64,000 nucleotides of DNA from Bacteriovoracia bacterium (GTDB lineage: Bacteria > Bdellovibrionota > UBA1018 > CAIPTA01). Of the stretch, positions 9,584-19,579 are shown in pieces. The stretch lies in contig JBFWVL010000003.1 in assembly GCA_050246755.1 (NCBI GenBank), forward strand, positions 32,001-96,000, in the 5' to 3' direction. Below the pieces are notes generated by a model. The model was not told where the DNA came from. It worked only from the letters and a program-made list of their open reading frames with translations, and made no database searches. The position numbers and the translations under genes are program-made. Each line of letters opens with the position of its first letter. The first letter of the stretch is position 1.

Positions 9584-10407
9584 TTCAGTGCCTTCTCGAT
9601 CCGCGCCAAAAATCTCTCGCGGATGCCTTTGTGCTGGAAGAGGTCGGTATGGTAGCCGCCGTCGATTTTCCAGAATTCTTTAGGCTCGCCGGCTTCGGCA
9701 AAAAGCTCTTCTCCGCTCGCGAAGGGGACGATTTGGTCGATATCGCCATGAATCACCAGCAACGGGGTAGGGGCGATGCGCGCGATTTCTCCCCGCGGCG
9801 CATAGCCATCACTCAGCACTAGCCAGGGCATCCACTGGAAGGGCCAGGTGAACCAAAGGCCGGCAAGTTTTTTTCTCGCGATGCGTTTATAGGAAGAGAA
9901 AGTGGAGTCCACGATCACGAGTGGAATGGGATATTTTTCCTTGAGATCGATCATGTTTCGGAGAGCGATGATTCCACCCAGGCTTTGGCCGAAAACCACG
10001 ATCGGTAATTTAGGCTCGCGTGCATGAAGCCAGGCAAGAGCGGCGGCGCCGTCGCGCACGGTATTTTCGGGTGAAGGGGATCCCGTGGATTTTCCGTAGC
10101 CCTCGTAGTCGAAAATAAAGAAGTCGTAGGGAGAGTTCAGGATCCAGTGAAGGTAAGAAAACTGGCTGGAAATATTCTGGCCATTGCCGTGGTAAAAAAG
10201 AATCACCGCCCTAGTTTTCTTGCCGGTATTTTGGCGAAAGTACCACCCATGCAGCTTTTCCCCGCCTCCGGCGGTGAAGAAAATATCTTCCGGCGCCGGG
10301 TTCAGCTTCGCCGCGTCCACGTAGGTATTGCGATCTGGGTAATAAAATAACGAGCTGCATCCGCAGAGCGAGAAAATCAAAAGTCCGGAAATTAACAGCG
10401 CTCTCAT
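9580..10407 (-). CDS. Alpha/beta hydrolase lipoprotein (YfhR-like)
   Basis: Lipobox LCGC, HGNGQN, GQSLGG nucleophile, HGDxD, H. Confidence 0.85.
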   Translation of the reverse strand: MRALLISGLLIFSLCGCSSLFYYPDRNTYVDAAKLNPAPEDIFFTAGGGEKLHGWYFRQNTGKKTRAVILFYHGNGQNISSQFSYLHWILNSPYDFFIFDYEGYGKSTGSPSPENTVRDGAAALAWLHAREPKLPIVVFGQSLGGIIALRNMIDLKEKYPIPLVIVDSTFSSYKRIARKKLAGLWFTWPFQWMPWLVLSDGYAPRGEIARIAPTPLLVIHGDIDQIVPFASGEELFAEAGEPKEFWKIDGGYHTDLFQHKGIRERFLARIEKALK

Positions 10408-10421
10408 GCTAAGCTTTCCCC

Positions 10422-11807
10422 ATGGAAGACAAAGTATATGTGAACCGCACTTTGAACCTAAGAAAAATCCGTTACCTCGGATTTGATATGGATCATACCT
10501 TGGTGCGCTATAATAGCAGCGCCTTCGAGCAAACCACCCACGAGCTCGTGCTGGACCGAATGCTGGCCCGCGGCTATCCCGCCGACGTGAAAAAGCTCCC
10601 CTTCGATTACGATCTCGCCATCCGCGGCCTCGTGATCGACAAACAGAAGGGCAATTTGCTGAAAGTAAGCCGCCATGGCGGTATTCGTGCCGCCTACCAT
10701 GGCGTGAAGCCCGTGGATTTCGCCACGCAGAAAAAAGAATACGATTCCACCTATATCGACCTTCGCGATTCCTCGCGTTATTCCTCGATCGATACCGCTT
10801 TTTCGATTTCGCTCGCCAATCTTTTCATGCAGATCGTAGACCTGAAAGACAGCCAGCCCCAGCTCGAGCTTCCCGATTATGCCACCATGGCCGGGGATCT
10901 CATCGCCTCCGTGGATCTCGCCCACCGCGACGGCAGCCTCAAGAGCCGCGTGCGCGCCGATCTAGCACGCTATATCGTGAAGGACGAAAGCCTGGTGCGG
11001 GACCTCGAGCGCTACCGACGCCACGACAAAAAACTTTTCATCCTCACCAATTCCGATTTTCACTACACGAAGCTCCTGCTCGACTACGCGATCAATCCTT
11101 TTCTCAAAGAGCACAAAGACTGGAGCGAGCTCTTCGAGATCGTGATCACCGCCGCGCAGAAACCGAGGTTCTTCTTCGATAATCTGAAGTTCCTGAAAGT
11201 AAATCCCAGAGACGGTTCCATGACCAACGTGGACGGTAAGCTCGAGGCGGGTATTTACCAGGGGGGTTGCGCTTCCACATTCACGAACGACCTCGGCCTC
11301 GACGGGGACGATATTCTCTATATCGGCGATCATATTTACGGCGATATCCTTCGCTTAAAAAAGGACTGCAATTGGCGCACGGCCATGGTGGTGGAAGACC
11401 TAGAAGAAGAAGTGGAGCAGTACCGCGAGGTGGCTCCGATTCAGGAAAAAATAGAAGACCTGATGGAGCAGAAGGAGCCCTTCGAGCACGAGCAGGTGGA
11501 GTTGGTTTCCGAGCACGTGGAGAAGGGCGAGAGCCTGCGCGACGCGCGCGTGAAGGAGCTTCAGGAAAAAATCGCGGAACTGGACCGGCAGATCGGCGAA
11601 CTCATTCGCAAGCACCAATCTCACTTTAATAAGTATTGGGGTGAGGTGATGCGCGCCGGGAACGAAGAAAGTTACTTTGCGCACCAGACCGAGCGCTTTG
11701 CCTGCATCTATATGGCGAAACTCGGGGATCTTTTGGCTTATTCTCCGCGTACGTATTTCCGCGCTCCGCGCCGCCCGATGGCGCATGAGATTCAAGCGCG
11801 GGGCTAG
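10422..11807 (+). CDS. HAD-IG family (cN-II-like) 5'-nucleotidase
   Basis: GFDMDHTL, LTNS, KPxFF, YIGDHIYGDI. Confidence 0.9.
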   Translation: MEDKVYVNRTLNLRKIRYLGFDMDHTLVRYNSSAFEQTTHELVLDRMLARGYPADVKKLPFDYDLAIRGLVIDKQKGNLLKVSRHGGIRAAYHGVKPVDFATQKKEYDSTYIDLRDSSRYSSIDTAFSISLANLFMQIVDLKDSQPQLELPDYATMAGDLIASVDLAHRDGSLKSRVRADLARYIVKDESLVRDLERYRRHDKKLFILTNSDFHYTKLLLDYAINPFLKEHKDWSELFEIVITAAQKPRFFFDNLKFLKVNPRDGSMTNVDGKLEAGIYQGGCASTFTNDLGLDGDDILYIGDHIYGDILRLKKDCNWRTAMVVEDLEEEVEQYREVAPIQEKIEDLMEQKEPFEHEQVELVSEHVEKGESLRDARVKELQEKIAELDRQIGELIRKHQSHFNKYWGEVMRAGNEESYFAHQTERFACIYMAKLGDLLAYSPRTYFRAPRRPMAHEIQARG

Positions 11808-11841
11808 CGAACACGGTAGCGTTAGCTTGTGCCTAACTAAC

Positions 11842-11869
11842 TAAGCGAAAACCCGCTTTTTCCCGATAC
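11842..11869 (+). promoter_or_regulatory. Candidate sigma28 (FliA) promoter
   Basis: TAAG-N16-CCCGATAC, 6 nt before ATG 11876. Confidence 0.45.
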
Positions 11870-11875
11870 ATAGCC

Positions 11876-13585
11876 ATGCATTCAATGAAAATTATTGTAT
11901 CGGTATTGCTGCTATCCGCCCCGCAGGCTTACGCCAAAGACTACTGCGTGGCGATCCGCGGAAACGGCGAGAATGCCGCCGCCCACTGGGCCGGATTGGC
12001 CCGAATGGTGGAAGAGCAGGGGATGCCGGCGGGCGCGGCGGGCGGTAGCTCGGCCACGGTTTCGATGTTTTTCCTCGATAGCATCGCGGGCAATCCAGCG
12101 GTGACCGCCGAAAAAAATGCGAAGAAGAAGCGTCAGATGCAAGCGCTGCTGTTAAAGTCCCTCCCCCAATTCGTGACCACCATGGGGGAGCGCGACAATA
12201 TTGCCGGCGCCTATAATTTCATCGGTGAGCTGAGCAAAAATAAGTCGGACCTGAAGGCCTCGGCCGCGAAAGTATTCGAAGGCGCCGGCAAGCTGGATTC
12301 GAAACAGGTGAAAAAAGCCTTTCATAAATACGGTCCGCTCGTGAATCCCGAGATGCTTCAGGGCCTGGCCAAGAGCCCGAACTTTTTCCGTAAAGAAGCC
12401 CAGGAAGGCCTGGCGGTATTCGGGAAATTTGATGCTTCGAAGGATGAGAAATTATTTTTCCGCCCCGGCCTGGTGGATTTCAAATCATTCTCCGTGATTC
12501 TCGGCACGATCGCCGATTTCTACGCGGGCAATACGGATCCGAAAACGCAACGGGCCCTCGATGCCTATACCCGGCGCTGCGCCGGTGATTCTTTCGGGAA
12601 GGCCTGGCAGAAATCTCGGGAAGCTTGCAAAAAGCGTTTTGAAAAAATCGTGGGCGATTATCTGGACCGCGGAAAATTTCAGAATAAGGCGCTCTTCTCC
12701 CCGGTGGGAAATCATATCTCGGCGCTGCCCACCACTTCTCTCGTGAAGGGCGAAGGCATGGCGAAGTATGAGGAACTAAAGGCCGCTTACAATAATGGCG
12801 AGAAGCGGGACTACGGAAAATTCTCGGTGAACTTCGATCGCGACGTGGAATTCGGCTATTGGGGAAAGAAGCGCGATCTTGCCAGGGCGGATCGAGGCCT
12901 CGAATCCGACCGCCGCGCCGGCGATTTGAAGGCACAAAAATTTAAGGCGCTTGGGGGCGCGAACTGGTTCGAGGTGCTCGCCGTTTCTCCCGCCGAACCG
13001 GGCCTCGCCAATCTCCAGGCAATCCCCCAAAAAACTTCCCGCGAGCAAGTCCTGGCTGAATTAAAAAAACCGGTGCTCGATCGCTGGAAAGGCTTGAACT
13101 ACCGCTCCGATATGCTTTCGGCGGGCGGGTGGTCGGACCTCGCGCCCGTGGGCGTGCTTAAAGCCATGGGCTGTAATTCCGTTACCTACCTCACGCGCAA
13201 GGGCGGCGACACGATCTTCGGCCAGCAAGTTTTGATCAAGCTCGCCGGCGACAAAGAAAATGTTCCCTTCTGGATGAATATCAAAGACCAGAACGCGGAG
13301 GGCTGGAACACCGCCGGCACGGCCGCCGAGAAAACGGCCTGGAATCGCCTTTCGAACCGAGGGAACCTAAACAGTTCCCTGCAGAATTCCATGCGCAAAG
13401 CGGATTCTTTTTATTGCACCGACTGGGACGCCTACGAGGTTTTCGGCGGGCAGATGTGGCCGATGGTGGACGAAGCCTACGCGGCCGGATTGAATTCGCG
13501 TAAAACCGAAGCCGGTTGCCACGGCATGAAACTGCCGCAGGCGGAGGCCGTGGCTGAAGATGTGATGGAAAAAAGCGCGCTTTAG
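11876..13585 (+). CDS. Secreted protein with degenerate patatin-like motifs
   Basis: Signal peptide; AIRGNG..AAH, AGGSSA, SAGGWSDLAPV. Confidence 0.6.
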   Translation: MHSMKIIVSVLLLSAPQAYAKDYCVAIRGNGENAAAHWAGLARMVEEQGMPAGAAGGSSATVSMFFLDSIAGNPAVTAEKNAKKKRQMQALLLKSLPQFVTTMGERDNIAGAYNFIGELSKNKSDLKASAAKVFEGAGKLDSKQVKKAFHKYGPLVNPEMLQGLAKSPNFFRKEAQEGLAVFGKFDASKDEKLFFRPGLVDFKSFSVILGTIADFYAGNTDPKTQRALDAYTRRCAGDSFGKAWQKSREACKKRFEKIVGDYLDRGKFQNKALFSPVGNHISALPTTSLVKGEGMAKYEELKAAYNNGEKRDYGKFSVNFDRDVEFGYWGKKRDLARADRGLESDRRAGDLKAQKFKALGGANWFEVLAVSPAEPGLANLQAIPQKTSREQVLAELKKPVLDRWKGLNYRSDMLSAGGWSDLAPVGVLKAMGCNSVTYLTRKGGDTIFGQQVLIKLAGDKENVPFWMNIKDQNAEGWNTAGTAAEKTAWNRLSNRGNLNSSLQNSMRKADSFYCTDWDAYEVFGGQMWPMVDEAYAAGLNSRKTEAGCHGMKLPQAEAVAEDVMEKSAL

Positions 13586-14223
13586 TGGCGGGTATGGGCC
13601 GAGCAAATTTCGGGCAATAGGCCTTCGATCACGTAGGCTTCGAGCTGGGCGAGCATCTCGTCGGGCTCTTGGGTCACGGAAAGCTCGTCGTAATAAAAAC
13701 AAAGAAGATTTCCGTATTTTTGCACTAGGCCGCTGATCACGTGGGCCCGCAGGCGCGCCTCGTTCGCGCTGAGGCGATAACCGGAAGCGCGCTGTACCAG
13801 CGCCGTAAGCCGATCATGAAAGGGATGCCAGAGATTCGCCGTGATGCGTTTCTTGAGTGCCGGCTCTTCGAGCAGCGTGCGCTGGGCGAGGAGATGAAAG
13901 CTTTGGTCGTTGCGCACGAAGGCGAAGAGACCGCGGACGAGCTCCTGCACGTCCTTCAGGGAAAGCGGGCCGGCCTTTTTCGATGGAGGAGCGAGCAATT
14001 CGTCGAGGCTATCGAGTTTCTCGTCGAGCACGGCATCCCAGAGGCCTTCCTTACCGCCAAAATAATAGGAAACCAGCGCCCCATTCGCCCCGCTCTTGGC
14101 CGAAATCTGGCGCAGCGTGGTGGCCTGGAATCCCTGCTTGGCAAAAAGCTTTTCCGCCACCCGCAGGATGGTGGAGCGGCTTTTGCGGCTCTGGGATTTG
14201 GCTAGAGGCTGAACTTGGGCCAT
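13582..14223 (-). CDS. TetR/AcrR family regulator
   Basis: ILRVAEKLFAKQGFQATTLRQI...YYFGGKEGL HTH. Confidence 0.92.
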   Translation of the reverse strand: MAQVQPLAKSQSRKSRSTILRVAEKLFAKQGFQATTLRQISAKSGANGALVSYYFGGKEGLWDAVLDEKLDSLDELLAPPSKKAGPLSLKDVQELVRGLFAFVRNDQSFHLLAQRTLLEEPALKKRITANLWHPFHDRLTALVQRASGYRLSANEARLRAHVISGLVQKYGNLLCFYYDELSVTQEPDEMLAQLEAYVIEGLLPEICSAHTRH

Positions 14224-14227
14224 TGGT

Positions 14228-14752
14228 TTAGTTTCCGCGTACTACGCGCAGCTGGCCGTCGATCGTGTCGCCGATCGTGAAAACAATGGGACCTTCGATC
14301 ACGCCGTTACGCATGGTGCCCGACATCTGCACCACCCCTTGATTGGGAGTGGGGGAAACGATCTTGTCGATATTTTCCATGGCAACGGTTCCCGGCTCTT
14401 CGTAGTAGCGGACGCGCACGGGGCGCCGGGCCGCGGGAGTGATGCTAAGGTAATCGGTGCGGATGAAAAATCCACGGAGTTCGGGATGGAACGTAACTTC
14501 CCGGCTATCGTTCGTGGTTCCGTCGGCTACGTCTACCACGCTAAGGCGTACTTCTACCGGGATCGGGCGGCGGTCACCCGAGTTGGGCACCACGGTGCCG
14601 CGGTAGGTTCCGTTGAATTGCGAAAGCCTGGCTCTCAACCTGTCTATGTCCTGCAATTCCTTCGCGTTGGTGGAATCGGTCTCTTTTGGGCCACAGCCAG
14701 CGAGCAATAAGAGCGCGGAAAGGAGGAAAAAGCAGTATTTTGACGTCGACAT
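14228..14752 (-). CDS. Hypothetical lipoprotein
   Basis: Lipobox LAGC; start reassigned to ATG 14752. Confidence 0.65.
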   Translation of the reverse strand: MSTSKYCFFLLSALLLLAGCGPKETDSTNAKELQDIDRLRARLSQFNGTYRGTVVPNSGDRRPIPVEVRLSVVDVADGTTNDSREVTFHPELRGFFIRTDYLSITPAARRPVRVRYYEEPGTVAMENIDKIVSPTPNQGVVQMSGTMRNGVIEGPIVFTIGDTIDGQLRVVRGN

Positions 14753-14788
14753 AGGCACCCCGGGGCGATTTCTCGTTTTCGGCTTGAA

Positions 14789-14810
14789 TTTAATCAACCA
14801 ATTAACTAAA
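14789..14810. promoter_or_regulatory. Candidate TetR operator in divergent promoter
   Basis: Imperfect inverted repeat TTTAATCAA-ccaa-TTAACTAAA (7/9 arm match). Confidence 0.45.
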
Positions 14811-14861
14811 TAAAGGGAACAAACGAAGCTGTCAACGTGATTCCGAAACGGTCGGGGGCCT

Positions 14862-16064
14862 ATGAAAAACAGATTTTTGCTTTTGGGCGTATTTTTGCTC
14901 GTATCTTGCGGATCCAAAGACAACGTGGCTACCGATGGCGACCTCGCTTTGATCGGCGGCGGCGGCCAGGGACAAATCGACCAACCCATCGACGGTGGTG
15001 GCAGACCCAGCACCGGCACTTTGATTCAGATCGCTTGCCAGTCCACTCCCGAGCTAGGCATCACGCTGCCCAACTCTCAGATGCCAAGCGGCCAGCGTTT
15101 CGTGGATGCCATTCCTCGCCTTGGTTCCAACGAGAGCCGCGCTCCAACCGTGCTCGGCGTGCAAAATAATGTCCTCTCGGCGCTCTTCGTGTCCGGGGCA
15201 AAAGTGTACTCGGTTCGCTACGATTTATCCCAGCACCAGCAGCTCGAAAAACCAGTGTCTCTAGGCAGCGCAGGTGGCGGCAGCTCCGAGGTCTATCGCA
15301 AGCTTGGCTTCTCGCAGCCTCGTTTGGCGGCCACCTCCCCAAACGGGCGTTCATTCGTTCTTTCCAGCGGCGGAAATTTAAGCCTTCGCTCGGTGGCCAA
15401 CCCCGAGGATTCTTCTCGCGGCTGGAAACTCGGTGGCGGCTTCCAGCAGCCTCGCTGGGACGGCAACGAAATTTTCGTGGACCGCATCAGCGGCGGGCGG
15501 CTCGCTCAGTCGGTGATTTTCGTGGACCAAAATGGCAATCAGCAGGGCGTGAAATCCGCCCCCGGTGCGCTTTCCGGACTTAACCAAATCGGCTTGCGCC
15601 GCTACGACGCTAAATCCTATATTTGGCTCGAGCACGGCTCCAGCCGCGCCGTACTGCGTGTTTGGAATGCGGAAAATGGCAGCGTAAAAAACTTTGAGCT
15701 GCCCAATGGAAAAGTTTTCGGTCCCGGTTTCGCTTTGTTGCGCTCTTCGCCCGAAGCGGGCGCCCGGGCCGTGTTGAACTCGCGTGAGGGTATTTTCTAT
15801 TTTACCCTGAGTGAAGATGGGCAAGTATCCGCCGATTCTTATCCTTACCCTGACGATACGCAGCGCTTGATTGATAAGAAAGAATATCCGATCGATTGGA
15901 ATCCGGGCGCAATCTATTCCGCCGCGGGCGATACCCAGTTATTCGCGATCCTCCCTTCCACCTTCGGCAACCGGATGCTGATGGCGATCGACAATGAATA
16001 CTCCTACCGTTTGCTCGGTTTCGAAGCCTGCGCCAATCCCGATTTCTACCGCACGAGGAACTAG
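14862..16064 (+). CDS. Lipoprotein, probable beta-propeller
   Basis: Lipobox LVSC; Gly-rich linker; SPNG/PRWDG TolB-like blade motifs. Confidence 0.6.
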   Translation: MKNRFLLLGVFLLVSCGSKDNVATDGDLALIGGGGQGQIDQPIDGGGRPSTGTLIQIACQSTPELGITLPNSQMPSGQRFVDAIPRLGSNESRAPTVLGVQNNVLSALFVSGAKVYSVRYDLSQHQQLEKPVSLGSAGGGSSEVYRKLGFSQPRLAATSPNGRSFVLSSGGNLSLRSVANPEDSSRGWKLGGGFQQPRWDGNEIFVDRISGGRLAQSVIFVDQNGNQQGVKSAPGALSGLNQIGLRRYDAKSYIWLEHGSSRAVLRVWNAENGSVKNFELPNGKVFGPGFALLRSSPEAGARAVLNSREGIFYFTLSEDGQVSADSYPYPDDTQRLIDKKEYPIDWNPGAIYSAAGDTQLFAILPSTFGNRMLMAIDNEYSYRLLGFEACANPDFYRTRN

Positions 16065-16868
16065 ATGAAGACCTGCATGTTTTTTTTATTTCTGTTGATC
16101 GCGATGCCCTTGGCAGAAGCGAAGCCGAAAAAAAATTCCGCCAAGCCGGATCCGAGGCAAATGTCGGAAATAGAGCTTAGAAATACGGCCGAGAGCGAAT
16201 TGCGCAGTGTTGATCTACCGAAAGAAAAAGCGGCTCCCCTCCAAACTCCTTCCTACGATTCCGGTCTAGTTTCGACCTCCGAGATCCTGCGCGAAGACGA
16301 GAAAGAGCCTTTGCCCGCTTCCGAAATGGACTTGGGTGCCCAGGCTTTTCGCCCGGTTGGAACGGGCCGGGTTTCTTCGGGAGAGACTTATTCTTTCGAC
16401 GGCCTCAGTGCCAAGCCCATGATTCTCCTCGGCGGAAGGCATTGGCTTTACCAAGGTTTGCGCACCAGCGTTCCCGCACGCGTGGGCTTGGGCCTGCAAG
16501 TAGGGGTGAGTTCTAGTACCCTGCGTATCCAAACCAACCGCGGCTTCGTGTACGACAATGTGCGCCTCAATTCTTTTCTGGCCATGGTCGGACCCGACGC
16601 GGAATACTTTTTAGACCGCCGCCGCCGATTGGCAGTGGGGGCTCGCGTAGCCGCCGGCCGCATGCTTTTGAGTCAGTCCGCGCCAAACTCCTCGATCACT
16701 CAGAGCCGTTCGGTGGGGGCCTGGGAAGCGGGTGGTCATCTGCGGTACCAGCCCACGCGTTCTTTTTTCGTGAACGCGGCCTACGCGCGTCGCGCTACGA
16801 TAGGCGCTGGGCAAGGACTGGGAATCCAGCAAAATAATTACGAGGCATTAATCGGCTTTGGAATGTAG
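16065..16868 (+). CDS. Putative outer-membrane beta-barrel protein
   Basis: Signal peptide; amphipathic strands; C-terminal YEALIGFGM. Confidence 0.6.
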   Translation: MKTCMFFLFLLIAMPLAEAKPKKNSAKPDPRQMSEIELRNTAESELRSVDLPKEKAAPLQTPSYDSGLVSTSEILREDEKEPLPASEMDLGAQAFRPVGTGRVSSGETYSFDGLSAKPMILLGGRHWLYQGLRTSVPARVGLGLQVGVSSSTLRIQTNRGFVYDNVRLNSFLAMVGPDAEYFLDRRRRLAVGARVAAGRMLLSQSAPNSSITQSRSVGAWEAGGHLRYQPTRSFFVNAAYARRATIGAGQGLGIQQNNYEALIGFGM

Positions 16869-16878
16869 AGTGGTGTTC

Positions 16879-18303
16879 GTGCGATTTTTATCGGCTTTAG
16901 TTTTTCTTTTTTCTCTTTCCGCCCATGCCGAGATCCAGGTGGATCCCCAATTCGTGGTGGATAAAGTTCTTGGTGACGGACGCCAGGCCAAACAAATCGA
17001 GCTCGAGGCGCAGCAGGCCTTTACCGGCTACTACACGAATTACTCGATCTACGATTGGCGCCTCGGCTCCACTCTTTCTGTGGAAGACAGCCGTCGCCAG
17101 CTTCTGTCCGGCGGGGGAAATCTTCGTGAGCGCACCGGTATCTGGGATATCTTGGTTTCGAAACGGATTCCCACCGGTACGAATTTCGACATCGGCTTTT
17201 CCCGCACTAAGCAAAATACTATCTATCGCCCGGGAGTGATCAATACTTACCGCGGGGCCTATGCTGTTTATGACGTAGGGGAGTTAACCATCACGCAGGA
17301 CTTGCTCGGAAATTTTTTCGGTATCGCCGAGCGCAAGGCCAATAAGGCCGCCGATTCGCTCCTTCGTGCCGCGGAACTTCAGAAGAAAGAGAAGCAAGAA
17401 GGCCTCGTACTCGATGCGCTGAAGCTGTTCTGGGACACCTTCGTGGCCCGCGAATCCTTGCGCGAAGCGATCGCGCAGCGGGACCGCTACGAAGCTCTCG
17501 TGAAGGACGTGGAAAATAAGAACCGTCTCGGCTTCGCCAGCCCTGGCGACTTGCCTAAATCCCGCGCCGAGCTCAATGCGCAAGTTCGCAATGTGAAGCT
17601 GGCCTCTTTTACCTACCTGAAAAATTTGGATCTTCTGCTCACCGCGATGCGCTTACAAGACGTGAATGACCGCGACGTGCGCTTCGTGTTGAAAGAGGAA
17701 ATGCCCGCCGTGCCGGCGATGATGATGCCCGACGTGGAGTCCTTGCGCGTGATTGACATCGCCAAGATGACCCTCGATTCTGCGGAGCTCACCAAAACGG
17801 CCGCCACGCTCGCTTCCGACTGGCCGGAGCTGAAGCTGGTCGGTAAATCGACTTTTACCGGGCTCGAGGCCAATCAAAATCGCTCCTTCGCTGCCATGAC
17901 TTCTGGCGATCATCCTGATTACTACGTAGCCCTCACCCTAAACTATCGCTTTTTCTCCGATAAGGTGAAGGCCGACAAAAATCAGGCCGGAGTGGCGTTC
18001 GAGATCGCTTCCAATGCCTACCTCAAGTTTCGGGAAGACCTTCGCCAGGAAATCGGCACCGCGATGGAAAACGTGCGCTATACCTACGCCGCCGCGATCT
18101 CGGCTACCGAGGAGTTAAAGCAGTGGGAAGCCGCCATCAAGGCGCAAGAAACCAGCTACCGCCAGGGCCGCCTAGATTTTTCGCAATTCATTCTCGACTA
18201 TAATTCGTATTTCCGCGCTCGTTCCAATCGCCTGCGCGCGATTGGCGACTACCATATCGCGCTCCACGCCTACGCGGCGGCGATCGATCAGCTCGTAAAA
18301 TAA
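16879..18303 (+). CDS. TolC family outer-membrane efflux protein
   Basis: Signal peptide; duplicated helical/strand architecture, YRQGRLDFSQ repeat; start uncertain (16858-16879). Confidence 0.8.
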   Translation: MRFLSALVFLFSLSAHAEIQVDPQFVVDKVLGDGRQAKQIELEAQQAFTGYYTNYSIYDWRLGSTLSVEDSRRQLLSGGGNLRERTGIWDILVSKRIPTGTNFDIGFSRTKQNTIYRPGVINTYRGAYAVYDVGELTITQDLLGNFFGIAERKANKAADSLLRAAELQKKEKQEGLVLDALKLFWDTFVARESLREAIAQRDRYEALVKDVENKNRLGFASPGDLPKSRAELNAQVRNVKLASFTYLKNLDLLLTAMRLQDVNDRDVRFVLKEEMPAVPAMMMPDVESLRVIDIAKMTLDSAELTKTAATLASDWPELKLVGKSTFTGLEANQNRSFAAMTSGDHPDYYVALTLNYRFFSDKVKADKNQAGVAFEIASNAYLKFREDLRQEIGTAMENVRYTYAAAISATEELKQWEAAIKAQETSYRQGRLDFSQFILDYNSYFRARSNRLRAIGDYHIALHAYAAAIDQLVK

Positions 18304-19572
18304 CTATCGCTCTAGGATCGCCGTAACGCCCATGCCGCCGCCGGTGCAGATGGAGATCAGGCCGCGTCCGCTGCCTTTTTTCTCCAGGAGCTTTCCGAGA
18401 TTGGCGATGATCCGCCCGCCGGTGGCGCCGAAGGGATGGCCGAGCGCCACGCTTCCGCCCACCACGTTCATTTTCGCGCGGTCGATGCTGCCGAGCTTGC
18501 CGGGAAGGCCGAGGCGATTGCGGCAGAAATCTTCCGATTCCCAGGCCTTCAGGGTGCAGAGCACCTGAGCGGCGAAAGCCTCGTGGATTTCGTAGAAGTC
18601 GAAATCCTGAAGCTTGATCCCTTTGCGCATCAGCATCTTCGGCACGGCGTAGGCCGGAGCCATGAGCAGTCCTTCTTTTTTCACGGTGAAGTCCACCGCG
18701 CTCACTTCGCAGTCCACGAAATAGGCCTGGATGGGGAGATTATGGCGGCGGGCGTAGTCTTCGCTGCAGAGGAGCACCGCGGAAGCGCCATCGGTGAGGG
18801 GAGTGCTATTGCCGGCCGTAAGCGTTCCCTTCCCGCTGCGGTCGAAAGCGGGTTTCAGTTTAGCGAGTTTTTCGAGGGTGGTGTCTCCGCGCACGTTATT
18901 GTCTTTGGTGGCACCGGAAAAAGGGAATACTAGGTCATCATAAAAGCCTTCGGCCCAAGCCTTGGCGGCGTTTTTATGGCTCGTGAGAGCGAGCTCGTCT
19001 TGTTCCTTCTGCGTGAGCTTCCATTCCTGCGCCATTAGCTCGCAGTGTTCGCCCATGGAGAGGCCGGTGCGGGGCTCGGTAACGGCGGGAAATCTGGGTT
19101 TTAAGTCGGCGGCGCGCAGCGAGAACCAAGGCTTGATCTTGTCCACGAAAGTGCGGCCCTTGGCGCTGGTCACAAGAGTTTTCGAAAGTTTGGCGCTGTA
19201 GGCGATTGGCACGTCGCTCATCATGTCGAATCCGCCTGCGATGCCCACCTCGATTTGCCCGAGGGCGATTTTATTCCCAATTTGGATCGCCGCTTCGAGG
19301 CCGGTGCCGCAGGCGCGCTGCACGCCCACGCCGGGAGTCTCGTTGGCGAGGCCGATGCCGAGGGCCACTTCGCGGGCCAAGTTCCAATCCGCCGAGTGGT
19401 TCATCACTCCGCCGAGGGCGATATCGCCGAGCACTTTCCCGTTTAAATTAAACTTAGTTACCAGAGCCTTGGCCGCGGCCGTCATGAGTTCCTGGTTGTT
19501 ATTGTTGGCGTAGTTGCTATTGGCCCGGCAAAAGGGAATCCGGGCTCCGCCTACTAGTACAACTTTTTTCAT
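18304..19572 (-). CDS. Acetyl-CoA C-acyltransferase (FadI-type thiolase)
   Basis: RACGTG, TAGNS, HEAFAAQ, GHPFGATG, CTGGG. Confidence 0.93.
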   Translation of the reverse strand: MKKVVLVGGARIPFCRANSNYANNNNQELMTAAAKALVTKFNLNGKVLGDIALGGVMNHSADWNLAREVALGIGLANETPGVGVQRACGTGLEAAIQIGNKIALGQIEVGIAGGFDMMSDVPIAYSAKLSKTLVTSAKGRTFVDKIKPWFSLRAADLKPRFPAVTEPRTGLSMGEHCELMAQEWKLTQKEQDELALTSHKNAAKAWAEGFYDDLVFPFSGATKDNNVRGDTTLEKLAKLKPAFDRSGKGTLTAGNSTPLTDGASAVLLCSEDYARRHNLPIQAYFVDCEVSAVDFTVKKEGLLMAPAYAVPKMLMRKGIKLQDFDFYEIHEAFAAQVLCTLKAWESEDFCRNRLGLPGKLGSIDRAKMNVVGGSVALGHPFGATGGRIIANLGKLLEKKGSGRGLISICTGGGMGVTAILER

Positions 19573-19579
19573 AAATTCC

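Noticed and set aside
14753-15019. ORF-track N-terminal extensions (also 5210, 20824, 32814, 33931, 38175, 47378, 58306, 59942)
   Set aside because: They overlap neighbouring genes or promoters; downstream ATGs have better RBS, -10 box or signal-peptide support.
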